Assembly: GCA_050949565.1 (NCBI GenBank)
Contig: JBMNFY010000017.1
Coordinates: 928,001 to 992,000, forward strand
Origin: Kiritimatiellia bacterium
Lineage (GTDB): Bacteria; Verrucomicrobiota; Kiritimatiellia; RFP12; UBA1067
Direction of reading: 5' to 3'
DNA length: 64,000 nt
Shown: piece by piece, positions 52,880 to 62,180 of the stretch
How the letters are laid out: each line of letters opens with the position of its first letter
Numbering within the stretch: the stretch's first letter is position 1
Notes under the pieces: model-generated
Databases searched by the model: none
Told to the model about the DNA's origin: nothing
Seen by the model: only the letters and a program-made list of their open reading frames with translations
Program-made: the position numbers and the translations under genes

Positions 52880-53500
52880 TCAATCCGGGATGAACAGCAC
52901 CTGCCCGACACGGATGTGCGAGGGATTACTGATTTTATTGGCCTTCATGATCGAGTCGATGCTCTTGCCATACCCGCGGGCAATCTCGGACAAGGTCTGT
53001 CCGCGCGTGACCGTATGCTCATAGCCCGAGCCGGAGCGGGCGGGTGTCGCCGCCGCCCCGCCGGACGGCGCTGCGGCGGCGCGCGCGGCGTTGATCTCGG
53101 CCTGCTGGCGGGCGGCGATGGACTCAATGCGCGTCGCCAAGTCACTCGTAATTTCATTGCGTAGCGAATCGCGTTCGGTACGCAGGGCCTGCATGTCACG
53201 CCGCAAGGCTGCGATCTCATCGGACGGCTGGGATGCAGCCGCACTCTGCGCCTCCAAGCGCGCCAGACGCGCCTCCAGCAACTCTTGGTTGCGGTTCAGC
53301 ACCATAAGCTGCTCCGAGAGTTGCCGGAACTCCATGCTCATCTGCTGGGTATCAACGGCGATACGCGCCACTTCCGGATCACGCCGCAGTTGCTGCTGGG
53401 GCGGAAAGATTCTTCCGTCCACCATCGGCCCGGTACATCCGGCCACCAAGAAGAGTACACCGCATCCGACAGCGCACGCCACCCATTGCCTCAATCTCAT
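52880..53500 (-). CDS. LysM-domain lipoprotein with coiled coil
   Basis: Lipobox VAGC; C-terminal HTVTRGQTLSEIA..IRVGQVLFIP. Confidence 0.88.
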   Translation of the reverse strand: MRLRQWVACAVGCGVLFLVAGCTGPMVDGRIFPPQQQLRRDPEVARIAVDTQQMSMEFRQLSEQLMVLNRNQELLEARLARLEAQSAAASQPSDEIAALRRDMQALRTERDSLRNEITSDLATRIESIAARQQAEINAARAAAAPSGGAAATPARSGSGYEHTVTRGQTLSEIARGYGKSIDSIMKANKISNPSHIRVGQVLFIPD

Positions 53501-53511
53501 CTCGCTCCTCC

Positions 53512-53844
53512 TCACGCGCTGGGTATCACGTAAAAAATCAGCCACACCAGCGCCATTACTCCGAGAAACATCAAAAACGAACGTTGCCGACGCTCCGCGA
53601 TATCGTCCGCCGTAGTACGCCGCAACTGCTTCAAACCGCCCGCTGAAATGTAGTGGAAGAGCTTCTTCCGACCGCCCACCTCACCGGAGCCGCCTCGTTT
53701 ACGGAACGTCTGCGCCCGGTCATCGTCCTCTACCTCGCGGACATCCAAACGCCAGCCGATCGCCGAGCGTTCCGCCCGGTGATCACTCACGAAGACATTG
53801 GAGGTTCCTGGCTTCAGGAGCGGCTTGCCCGATTTTACTGCCAT
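53512..53844 (-). CDS. Small hypothetical protein with C-terminal TM anchor
   Basis: GGAG RBS, in operon orientation, hydrophobic C-terminus. Confidence 0.6.
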   Translation of the reverse strand: MAVKSGKPLLKPGTSNVFVSDHRAERSAIGWRLDVREVEDDDRAQTFRKRGGSGEVGGRKKLFHYISAGGLKQLRRTTADDIAERRQRSFLMFLGVMALVWLIFYVIPSA

Positions 53845-53858
53845 GGGTCACTCCATCC

Positions 53859-55049
53859 TTACGGCACCACAATGATCTGTCCTGCGCGGATGCGTCCGTC
53901 CGGATCAATGCGGGTACGGTTCGCCTCACGGATCTTCTTCCACTGGGTCGCGTCCCCGTAAAACCTTTCGGCGACACGGAACAGGGAGTCTCCCGGCTGC
54001 ACCACATAGGTCCGCGGACTCTTCTCCGCACTGGCGGTCTTATTTTTCTTCTGGTCGCGTCCGAAGAGCGACAAGGCAGACGAAAGATCGGGAGTGTCTT
54101 CCTCTTCCTTAGCGACCCCGCCGCCCGCCTGTGCGGGCTTTACAGTCTGTGCGGGCTTCGTAGTCTTCGCGGGAGCACGTGCTTCGCGAGCCGCATCCCG
54201 CGCGCTGATGCGCGGCTCCTCGCGCGTCTGATTCCGGGCACCGGTGATCTGAGCCTCGACTTTTTTGAGCACCGACTCGGTCGACGGCATATCCGTCGGC
54301 GGCGGTCTGCGCACCGGTGGCGGCGGCTGACCGCCCTCGCGCGCCAGCGTTTCCGCCTCTTCGCGCAGTGTGCGCAACTGTTTGGCATCGCTGGAAGGGA
54401 CAGAGGTGCCGCTCTCTTGACGTGCGGTTGCCGCGACTTCGCGTGCGGACGGCGTCGCGGTCGTCCCGTCTGCTTCACTCACGCGCATCTTACGGAGCAG
54501 GTCGCGCAGCCGTTCGTTGTCAGCGCGCAGGTCGGTCAACTCTTTGTCGGACTTAGCCTTCTCTTCCAGCAGCACCGACTTCTCGCCCTGCAACGAGGTG
54601 ATGGCCAGATTCAGCCGCTCATTCTCCTTGAGCAGATGAGCCTGCGTCAAGCCTTGCACGGAGTCCCCCACCTTCTTCAGGATCTGCGGGGCGAGCCGCT
54701 GCTCGGCGATTCGGATGCGATCCTGCGCCAGTGTGCTTTTTTCCGACTCCGGGCGCAACGCCAAATACTGCTTGTAGTGGTAGATCGCGCCGAAATAATC
54801 CTCCACGTGATCCTGCAACAGTGTCGCAAGTTGAAAGTGCGCAGAGAAGGAGCGCGGTTCCTCGATCAATACTTTATTAAAAAGCCGTACGGCTTCATCA
54901 ATGTCGCCTGACTGTTCTGCTGCGATCGCCTTGCGGTAGAGCGCCGATCCGCGTTCATCCCGCTCAGTATCAGCGATTCCCGGGCCGCCGCAGCCAATCA
55001 GCAAGGCGCCAAAAACCATCATCAACATCGTGTGCCACATTCGACGCAT
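53859..55049 (-). CDS. TPR plus coiled-coil plus LysM lipoprotein
   Basis: Lipobox LIGC, TPR-like helices, YVVQPGDSLFRVAERFYG. Confidence 0.85.
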   Translation of the reverse strand: MRRMWHTMLMMVFGALLIGCGGPGIADTERDERGSALYRKAIAAEQSGDIDEAVRLFNKVLIEEPRSFSAHFQLATLLQDHVEDYFGAIYHYKQYLALRPESEKSTLAQDRIRIAEQRLAPQILKKVGDSVQGLTQAHLLKENERLNLAITSLQGEKSVLLEEKAKSDKELTDLRADNERLRDLLRKMRVSEADGTTATPSAREVAATARQESGTSVPSSDAKQLRTLREEAETLAREGGQPPPPVRRPPPTDMPSTESVLKKVEAQITGARNQTREEPRISARDAAREARAPAKTTKPAQTVKPAQAGGGVAKEEEDTPDLSSALSLFGRDQKKNKTASAEKSPRTYVVQPGDSLFRVAERFYGDATQWKKIREANRTRIDPDGRIRAGQIIVVP

Positions 55050-55214
55050 CGGCCCTGCTCCATGAAAGATAGAAAATGGTTACCTCATTTTTCGTTTGGT
55101 TTACACGCCCGGCTCGCCTATCATGTGGCCTGTTCTGGAAACGAGGCCGGCTTCAGCCAAGCTGAAAAACAATCGAAAAAAAGTGAACTCCTTATTGTAC
55201 CTAACTCGCCGAGA

Positions 55215-57026
55215 ATGACCACCCAAAACACGAAAAATCTTTGGTCTGCCGCACAAGCCTGTCTGGGCGCCACCGGCTCGCTGAGCGTGATCATGCCCGC
55301 CTACGGGCTGGAGACGGTCATCGAACGCAATATCGAAACCGTCTGCCGCCTTCTTGAGGGGAACATACCCTTCGAGGTGCTGCCCGTTGATGACGGTAGC
55401 CGCGATGGCACCGCAGCGGCTATACGCCGCGCCGCAGCCCGCGACCCAGACCACGTCCATCCGGTCTTCGTGCAGGTCAACGCCGGCAAGGGCAACGCGC
55501 TGAAATGTGGTTTCGCGGCGGCACGCGGTTCGCACATCCTGCTGCTGGACGCTGATCTTGACCTTGATCCGGTTCGCATCACCACTTTCTTCGACATCAT
55601 GGCTGAAAAGCAGGCCGCCATCGTCATCGGTTCGAAACGCCACCCGGATTCGGTGATCGACTACCCCTGGCACCGCCGCCTCTCTAGTGTGATCTACTAC
55701 ACAATCGTGCGCCTGTTGATCGGTCTGCCGATCTCCGATACCCAGACCGGCATGAAACTCTTCACGCGCGAAGCGCTCGCCTGGTCCTTCGAACGCATGC
55801 TCGTCAAAACGTTCGCCTTCGACCTCGAGGTGCTCTCCATCGCCCACGCCCAAGGATACACCGTAGCCGAGGCTCCCATCGAGATGCATTTCGGCGAAAA
55901 AATCGGGTGCCTCTCCTGGACCAACGTCAAGCAGGTCATGATCGACACGCTCGCCATCTTCTACCGCCTACGTATCCTGCGCTACTACGACAGCGTCGAG
56001 ATCGCGCCCCCGCCCGAAAAGCCCCTGTTCGTCTCGGTCGTGATCGCCTGTCCCGGCCCCAGCCCCTACCTCACCGAGTGCCTCGATGCCCTCGCGCTCC
56101 AGACCTATCCCCATTTTGAAGTCCTCGTTCTGCCTGACGCCCCTTGCGACCTCGGCCCAGTGCCTTTCACGTTGCACGTCATCCCCACCGGCAAAATCCG
56201 GCCAGCCGAAAAGCGTAACATCGGCATCCAGCAAGCGCGCGGCGAGGTGGTCGCCTTCCTCGATGACGACGCCTATCCGGTTCCGGCTTGGATCGAGCAG
56301 GCGATCAAGTACTTCACGATGCCGGATGTCGGCGGCGTCGGCGGCCCAGGCGTCACGCCGCCCGGCGACCCCTTCCTCGGCCAAGCCAGCGGACGCGTCT
56401 ACGCCAACCCGCTGGTCTCCGGCAACTACCGCTATCGCTATCTCGGCGACCGCGTACGCGCCAGCATCGACGACTTCCCGAGCTGCAACCTGTTTGTGCG
56501 CACCGATGTGCTGCGCGCCATCGGCGGATACCGCACCGATTTCTGGCCGGGCGAGGACACCATCCTTTGCGCCGACATCGCGATCGGGCAGAAACGGCGC
56601 ATCATCTACGATCCCTGGGTGCAGGTCTTCCACCACCGCCGACCGCTCTTCGGCCCGCATCTGCGCCAGATCGGCCGCTACGCCCTGCACCGGGGCTACT
56701 TCGCCAAGCGCTTTCCGGCCACCTCGCTGCGCATCAGCTACCTGATCCCCACCTTCTTCGTGTTGGGTCTCGTGGTCGGTGCCGTGCTGGCCTGCCTCCA
56801 TCCCTGGTTGCGCATCGCCTACTTTGCCGTGCTGGCTTTCTATCTATTGATCACCTTTATCTCCTCGGTTTCTCTTTCGCCCGCACTCTGGTTGGTGACT
56901 TGGCTCGGCGTCATAGCCACACACGTGGTTTACGGTGTACGCTTCGCCCAAGGGCTGCTCGCACGCCGTATGCCCTGCGAAGTCGCTGCCTTCGACCACC
57001 CCTCCGAAACCACGGCAAACGATTAG
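55215..57026 (+). CDS. Tandem double GT2 glycosyltransferase with C-terminal TMs
   Basis: Domain 1: MPAY, VDDGSRDGT, LDADL, DTQTG; domain 2: AFLDDDAYP, GED. Confidence 0.88.
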   Translation: MTTQNTKNLWSAAQACLGATGSLSVIMPAYGLETVIERNIETVCRLLEGNIPFEVLPVDDGSRDGTAAAIRRAAARDPDHVHPVFVQVNAGKGNALKCGFAAARGSHILLLDADLDLDPVRITTFFDIMAEKQAAIVIGSKRHPDSVIDYPWHRRLSSVIYYTIVRLLIGLPISDTQTGMKLFTREALAWSFERMLVKTFAFDLEVLSIAHAQGYTVAEAPIEMHFGEKIGCLSWTNVKQVMIDTLAIFYRLRILRYYDSVEIAPPPEKPLFVSVVIACPGPSPYLTECLDALALQTYPHFEVLVLPDAPCDLGPVPFTLHVIPTGKIRPAEKRNIGIQQARGEVVAFLDDDAYPVPAWIEQAIKYFTMPDVGGVGGPGVTPPGDPFLGQASGRVYANPLVSGNYRYRYLGDRVRASIDDFPSCNLFVRTDVLRAIGGYRTDFWPGEDTILCADIAIGQKRRIIYDPWVQVFHHRRPLFGPHLRQIGRYALHRGYFAKRFPATSLRISYLIPTFFVLGLVVGAVLACLHPWLRIAYFAVLAFYLLITFISSVSLSPALWLVTWLGVIATHVVYGVRFAQGLLARRMPCEVAAFDHPSETTAND

Positions 57027-57079
57027 TCATGCGGATTACCCATTCGGCGTCCAACGCCGATTTATCACAAGGAGCCATC

Positions 57080-59041
57080 ATGATTGTTATCAGACACGCT
57101 TGCAAAACCCCTCGTGACATGGGCGTCCCGCCCGTGAAACACGGGCGAGATGCCCGTGCCACACCCGCGAGCAGGTGGTTTGGCAAGAGCCGCATCAGTC
57201 TCATCCTCCTCATCACCTGCGCCGTCAGCCCGCTGTTCGCACAACGCGCGACCGAACCGACACTTGATGCCGTCGCCGCTGCGCTGCGTCAAGCACCGCC
57301 CGCCCATCCGCGCCTGTTCGCGGATGCCGCCGGTTTCGCCGCGCTGAAAGAAAACGCTGCCGCCGATCCCCTCACGCGTGCCGCACTCGATCGCCTGTTG
57401 CACGACGCCGACCTGATGCTCAAGCAACCGCCCAACACGCGCGAGATGGAAGGGCGTCGTCTGCTCGGTGTTTCGCGCAGTGTCCTCTACCGCGTCTCCA
57501 CCCTCGCCATGGCCTACCGTCTCAAAGGCACCCCCGCATACCGCGACCGCTGCGCTGCCGAACTGCTGGCCGCAGCCGCCTTCACCGACTGGAATCCCTC
57601 GCACTTCCTCGACGTGGCCGAAATGTCCCTCGCGCTGGCCGTCGGCTACGATTGGCTGTATCACGATCTCGACCCCGCGACACGCGACACGCTGGCCGCC
57701 GCTCTCATGGAAAAGGGATTACGCACCTCGCTCAAACACACCGGCTGGGTCAGAGCCAGCAACAACTGGGGACAAGTTTGCCACGCCGGCATGCTCGCCG
57801 CCGCGCTGGCCCTGCAAGAGCGCGATGCCGCGCTCGCCGCCGAAATCACACACCGCGCCATCGTGAACCTGCCGCGCTCCATGCGCGCCTTCGCACCCAA
57901 AGGCTGCTATCCCGAAGGCCCGGGATACTGGTCGTACGGCACCGACTTCAACGTGCTGGCCATCGCGCTGCTCGAAGGTGTGCTCGGCTCCGATTTCGGT
58001 CTGACCGCCCTCCCCGGCTTCACCGCCACCGCCGACTATCTCGACCTCGTGACCGGTCCCTCCGACATGACCTTCAACTACGCAGATGGCGGCATGCGGC
58101 GCAGTACCGACTGCGCCACCTGGTGGTTCGCCAAGCGGTTCGACCGCCCCGACCTGCTCGCCTACTTTGAAAAGGAAGCCTTCCTGCGCTACTGCGCGGC
58201 ACGTCCCACCACGTCGGGCCGAAGCGCCGACCGCCTCTTCGCCTTCTCGCTGTTCTGGCTGCGCCCCGTTCCGGAAGGCATCACACCGCGCGCGCCGCTC
58301 ACCTGGCACTCGGAAGGCCCCGTCCCGATCACCATCCAGCGTACCACCTGGGACAACCGGACCGCGCTGTTCGTCGGACTGAAGGCCGGTTCGCCCTCCG
58401 GGCCCCACGGCCACATGGACGCCGGTTCGTTTGTGCTCGACGCCGAAGGGGTCCGCTGGGCCTACGATCTCGGTGCCGAAGGTTACCACGGCATCGAGTC
58501 ACGCGGCATGAAGCTCTGGAGCAGCGCACAGGATGCCGACCGCTGGCGCATCTTCCGTCTGAACAACCTCAGCCACAACACGCTGGTGATCGACGGCCAA
58601 CTCCAACTCGCCAAAGGTAAGGCGCTGGTCCGCTCATTCCGAGAAGGGCCTGAATCCGAAGCCGTGCTCGACCTCACACCGGTCTACACGAACGCATCAA
58701 AAGTGATACGTACCGGCACGCTGCTTGCGAACGGCACATACCGGCTGACCGATACAATCGAAGGACTGCGGCCCGGCGTAACCGTACGCTGGGGCATGGT
58801 GACCCGCGCCACGCCCGGTCCCGAACGCACCGGCACGCTGACACTTAGCGAAAGCAAAAAGCGTCTCCGTCTCAGCGCACTGCACGATCCCGCAACCGTC
58901 TGGAAAACCTACGAGACCGCCCGTCCGCCCAACGAATGGGATTCGCCCAACCGCGGCACCGTGATGGTCGGCTTCGAGGCGGTTGCTCCCGCCTCCGGCG
59001 CGCTCTCCTTCGCGGTTCTCTTCACGCCCGGCTCCCGTTGA
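57080..59041 (+). CDS. Heparinase II/III-family polysaccharide lyase-like protein
   Basis: AAGGAG RBS; HPRL, WNPSHFLDVAE, NNW, PEGPGYWSYG, HGHMDAGSF, HNTL. Confidence 0.88.
   Translation: MIVIRHACKTPRDMGVPPVKHGRDARATPASRWFGKSRISLILLITCAVSPLFAQRATEPTLDAVAAALRQAPPAHPRLFADAAGFAALKENAAADPLTRAALDRLLHDADLMLKQPPNTREMEGRRLLGVSRSVLYRVSTLAMAYRLKGTPAYRDRCAAELLAAAAFTDWNPSHFLDVAEMSLALAVGYDWLYHDLDPATRDTLAAALMEKGLRTSLKHTGWVRASNNWGQVCHAGMLAAALALQERDAALAAEITHRAIVNLPRSMRAFAPKGCYPEGPGYWSYGTDFNVLAIALLEGVLGSDFGLTALPGFTATADYLDLVTGPSDMTFNYADGGMRRSTDCATWWFAKRFDRPDLLAYFEKEAFLRYCAARPTTSGRSADRLFAFSLFWLRPVPEGITPRAPLTWHSEGPVPITIQRTTWDNRTALFVGLKAGSPSGPHGHMDAGSFVLDAEGVRWAYDLGAEGYHGIESRGMKLWSSAQDADRWRIFRLNNLSHNTLVIDGQLQLAKGKALVRSFREGPESEAVLDLTPVYTNASKVIRTGTLLANGTYRLTDTIEGLRPGVTVRWGMVTRATPGPERTGTLTLSESKKRLRLSALHDPATVWKTYETARPPNEWDSPNRGTVMVGFEAVAPASGALSFAVLFTPGSR
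57093..57193 (+). mobile_element. 101-bp MITE inserted in frame in a signal-peptide region
   Basis: Decayed IRs GACACGCTTGCAAAACC / GGTTTGGCAAGAGCCGC; ATCA direct repeat at 57089-57092 and 57194-57197; collinear with 16037-16138. Confidence 0.8.
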
Positions 59042-59050
59042 CTTCCGCGC

Positions 59051-59103
59051 CCGCGCTGCGCGCGGATTTAGAAGTTAAGATTTAGGATTTAGGATTTAGG
59101 ATT
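59051..59103 (+). repeat. REP-like hairpin plus GATTTAG heptamers between convergent genes
   Basis: CCGCGC-TGC-GCGCGG followed by (GATTTAG)n; reverse-complement relative of the array unit junction. Confidence 0.7.
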
Positions 59104-59117
59104 CGTGGTAGAATCAA

Positions 59118-62100
59118 TCACTCGATGGTAAAGACGCGTGTCGCGTGCTCAGCGAAGTCTGTCTCGAACTCCGCTACGTCTTGTGCCACGTATTCGCCGC
59201 TGTAAAGATCGCGCACACATCCGGCGCGCGGTAGGCGCACTTTCCTACGACCGCCTTCCTTGACGCTCACCGCAACCATCTGCCGGTTGGCCCATACCAC
59301 ATCATCGGTTTCGATGTAGGTGTGTACGCCAGCCCCCTCGACGATGGCGCGCATCAGACGCGCCGGCAACAGCGGCGCGGTGGAGAAGACCGAGGTCCAC
59401 CCCTCGCCAGCTTTGACGACCAACCCCGGACGCCCGTCTGACAACGTGCCCAACACCTGCGCACCGGCATCGTCTGCGTAGCAGATCGGCGCATTGGACA
59501 CGCCGGAGCCGTATGTGGTTCCGGCCAGATCTTTCGTCCACCGGTGGCCGCCCGTCACGTTCACGGTGTACGGTGCCGCCGCGCGATCCAGCCGCAACCG
59601 GATGCCAGTCAACGCCTCCATGCCCGACTCATCAAGCCGTCCCTCGCGGTAGAGGCCCGGTACCGCCACGAAAACCAACACGCGGCCATCCCGCTTCAAC
59701 GCATCGATCGCGCGCCGGTCCTGCTCGGTCGGTGCGAAACTGGTCATGATGAAAAGCACCTTGTGGTCGCGCAGTCGCGGCAAATCGGACGCGAGGTAAT
59801 GCCCGACCGGCGCACCGATCCGCGACAGCGCAGGAAGCTGGCCGACCAATAACGGCGCACCCAGCGCTTTGTCGCCGACACGCATCCAACAGAGACTGCG
59901 CTCGTCCACAATCATCGCCACCTCATCCGCCGGTGTACGGTCGAGCGCCTGAATCTCCGAGGCGTTGCGCACCAGTCGCGCGATACGGTCCATCAGCATC
60001 GGATCACCGTACACGTTACTGCCGACATCGAACCACCATTGCGCCGTGCCGTTGACCATCACGTTCGCCAGCTCTTTCTCCTGCTGCACGATGTCGCCCG
60101 CCACGTCAGCCGCCTTGCCCCACGTTCCCGGTGCACCGGGTGCCAGCGAGGTACGGATGTCATTTTCGTCGAACCAGAGTTTGCCGCTCAATGTGACACT
60201 ACCGAGCAACGACATGAAATGGCTGGTCCCCTCACCGCCAAACTGTCGGAAAGCGTAACTGGTTGGACTGGTCAGGAAATCAATGTCGCGAGACGCCAGC
60301 ACTTTCGCCAGCGCCAAGTGTCCGGCATTCTGCTGCCGCTGCTCGCCGCAGAGTTGCAAGAGATACCCGTAGAAAGCCCCGACAACTTTCTTGCGGTGGG
60401 TGAAGCCTTTCACCGCACGCGCAAAGGTGCAGATGGTGTCCGCCACAAGATCGGAGTTGTACAGATAGAAGTCGATCACCGCCTGCTCTTTGGCCGGATC
60501 TCTGAACGAACCGATTTCAGCGTGCTCCCGTTGTGCGCGGGGCGGGATGACAGCGGTGTCGAACGAGACCGCAGGGTCTTGCCACGCTTCGCGTAAGGCG
60601 GTGTCCTTCCGATACTTCGCGCGCAGCCAGTCGCGGAAACGACGGGTATTCACCGGCGAGAAATCCACCCAGTGTCTTTCGTTGCTGCCCCACATCATCC
60701 ACTCTTCGGTCGTGCCCGATGCGAGATGATATCCGATCACGCGGTCGGCATACGGCGAGGCTTCGACATGTTTGATCAGACGACGCAGACCCTCGATGGT
60801 GTCGCGACGCCACTGTTCAGAGGCCCAGCTTGGTGCGAACTTGCCGCCCGAATGGATGAACGGCACGTAGCGTCCGTCGCCGGGATCCATCAGCACGATG
60901 TCGTCAGGATGTCGTTCGCTCCACCACCGCGGCGCGTGCAGGTAGAGACGCGGAAAGAAATAGGCATCGGGGTTTTCGGCCAGCAACATCATGGCGCGCT
61001 CATCAAGTTGTGAGAAGTCATAGGTGTCGGGCGCAGTCCACGCGGTACGCGCAAGCCCGTAGCCGGACTCAGTCGGCGTGGCCGAGAAGGTGTAGAGCGT
61101 GATGCCCGCGCGGGTGAAATCGCGGAACACAGCCGAGGACGGATGATAAGTCGCCCACGCCATACCGTTGTGCGGTTTGCCGTTGATGAAGAGCGTGGGC
61201 ACGCCGTTGTGCGGCTTAACCCGCGCGTTACAGCGTCCCGGTCGACGCGGCACCACCGTTACGGCGGCGACCGCATCATCGGCCGCGCTCCCATCCAAAC
61301 AAATCCGGGCATCGCCCAGGTGCAGCGCCACGACCTGCTCACCGCCCACCGCGTATAGCGGCGTGCTGACCGTCGTCGCCACCCGCACCGCTTCGCCGAC
61401 ACCGACCTGCTTGAGCGTGCGCGGCAACGCAAGCGGTGCGCGGCCCACCTCTTGCCTGCCGCGACGGAAGACCAGGCACGCCTCTTCTTCGGACACCGGT
61501 CGATCAAGCGTAAAGGCAAACGCCACATCGAACGGCTCTCCAGCCTTGATCTTTGCCGGCACCTGAAAATCGGACACACGGGCAGTCGGACGATTGGCGC
61601 TGACCGTTTCAATCGCCGCGACCCGCAGCGCGTAGGTCTGCCCCGTCTTGACATTAAAGGCAATCAGCGCCAGCGAGGTGATTGGAAGATCAAACACCCC
61701 GTCAGCGTCTTTCGACCACGGCGCGACCCGCCATTCGGGCCAAGGGAACTCGACCCATTGCCACTCGCCCGCCGCCGCGAGAGGCACCCGCTGCGCGGTC
61801 CATTCGGAGTTGCGGGCGTCGCGCGCTTTCATAGCCAGTTCGAAGGATGCCCCTTCGTTCTTGACGTACACACGCAGCGCATCGAAGCGCCGAGCGATTC
61901 TGCACGTCAGAAAAATATCATTGAACGCCGTCCCAGGGTTCGGCTCGAACCGCCAGCGCAAGGCCGTGGGCGTGTCCGTCTGCGTCAACTCGCTGACAGC
62001 GAACTCCCGAGTCAGCCGCGCCGCGTCACGCGCAGTCGACCAGACATTTGTCGGCCCACCATCAAAAAGCAGCTCGGACTCCAGCGCTATCGCCGCACCT

Positions 62101-62171
62101 GCCGTCGCAACCACCAGCACCGCGACCGCGCACCGCATGATGACGCGCATTGCTCCCTTACTTTTTTTCAT
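59118..62171 (-). CDS. Secreted GH42-like/beta-galactosidase-type protein with N-terminal CBM-like domain
   Basis: Signal peptide; NGVPTLFING, SWAS..W, GTTEEW, SPTSY, ENDIRT, WWFD; C-terminal trimerisation-like domain. Confidence 0.7.
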   Translation of the reverse strand: MKKSKGAMRVIMRCAVAVLVVATAGAAIALESELLFDGGPTNVWSTARDAARLTREFAVSELTQTDTPTALRWRFEPNPGTAFNDIFLTCRIARRFDALRVYVKNEGASFELAMKARDARNSEWTAQRVPLAAAGEWQWVEFPWPEWRVAPWSKDADGVFDLPITSLALIAFNVKTGQTYALRVAAIETVSANRPTARVSDFQVPAKIKAGEPFDVAFAFTLDRPVSEEEACLVFRRGRQEVGRAPLALPRTLKQVGVGEAVRVATTVSTPLYAVGGEQVVALHLGDARICLDGSAADDAVAAVTVVPRRPGRCNARVKPHNGVPTLFINGKPHNGMAWATYHPSSAVFRDFTRAGITLYTFSATPTESGYGLARTAWTAPDTYDFSQLDERAMMLLAENPDAYFFPRLYLHAPRWWSERHPDDIVLMDPGDGRYVPFIHSGGKFAPSWASEQWRRDTIEGLRRLIKHVEASPYADRVIGYHLASGTTEEWMMWGSNERHWVDFSPVNTRRFRDWLRAKYRKDTALREAWQDPAVSFDTAVIPPRAQREHAEIGSFRDPAKEQAVIDFYLYNSDLVADTICTFARAVKGFTHRKKVVGAFYGYLLQLCGEQRQQNAGHLALAKVLASRDIDFLTSPTSYAFRQFGGEGTSHFMSLLGSVTLSGKLWFDENDIRTSLAPGAPGTWGKAADVAGDIVQQEKELANVMVNGTAQWWFDVGSNVYGDPMLMDRIARLVRNASEIQALDRTPADEVAMIVDERSLCWMRVGDKALGAPLLVGQLPALSRIGAPVGHYLASDLPRLRDHKVLFIMTSFAPTEQDRRAIDALKRDGRVLVFVAVPGLYREGRLDESGMEALTGIRLRLDRAAAPYTVNVTGGHRWTKDLAGTTYGSGVSNAPICYADDAGAQVLGTLSDGRPGLVVKAGEGWTSVFSTAPLLPARLMRAIVEGAGVHTYIETDDVVWANRQMVAVSVKEGGRRKVRLPRAGCVRDLYSGEYVAQDVAEFETDFAEHATRVFTIE

Positions 62172-62180
62172 GTCCGCCCC

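Noticed and set aside
56288-57079. N-terminal extension of the 917-aa ORF
   Set aside because: It overlaps the GT2 gene in another frame and is Arg/Pro-rich noise; the RBS supports a start at 57080.
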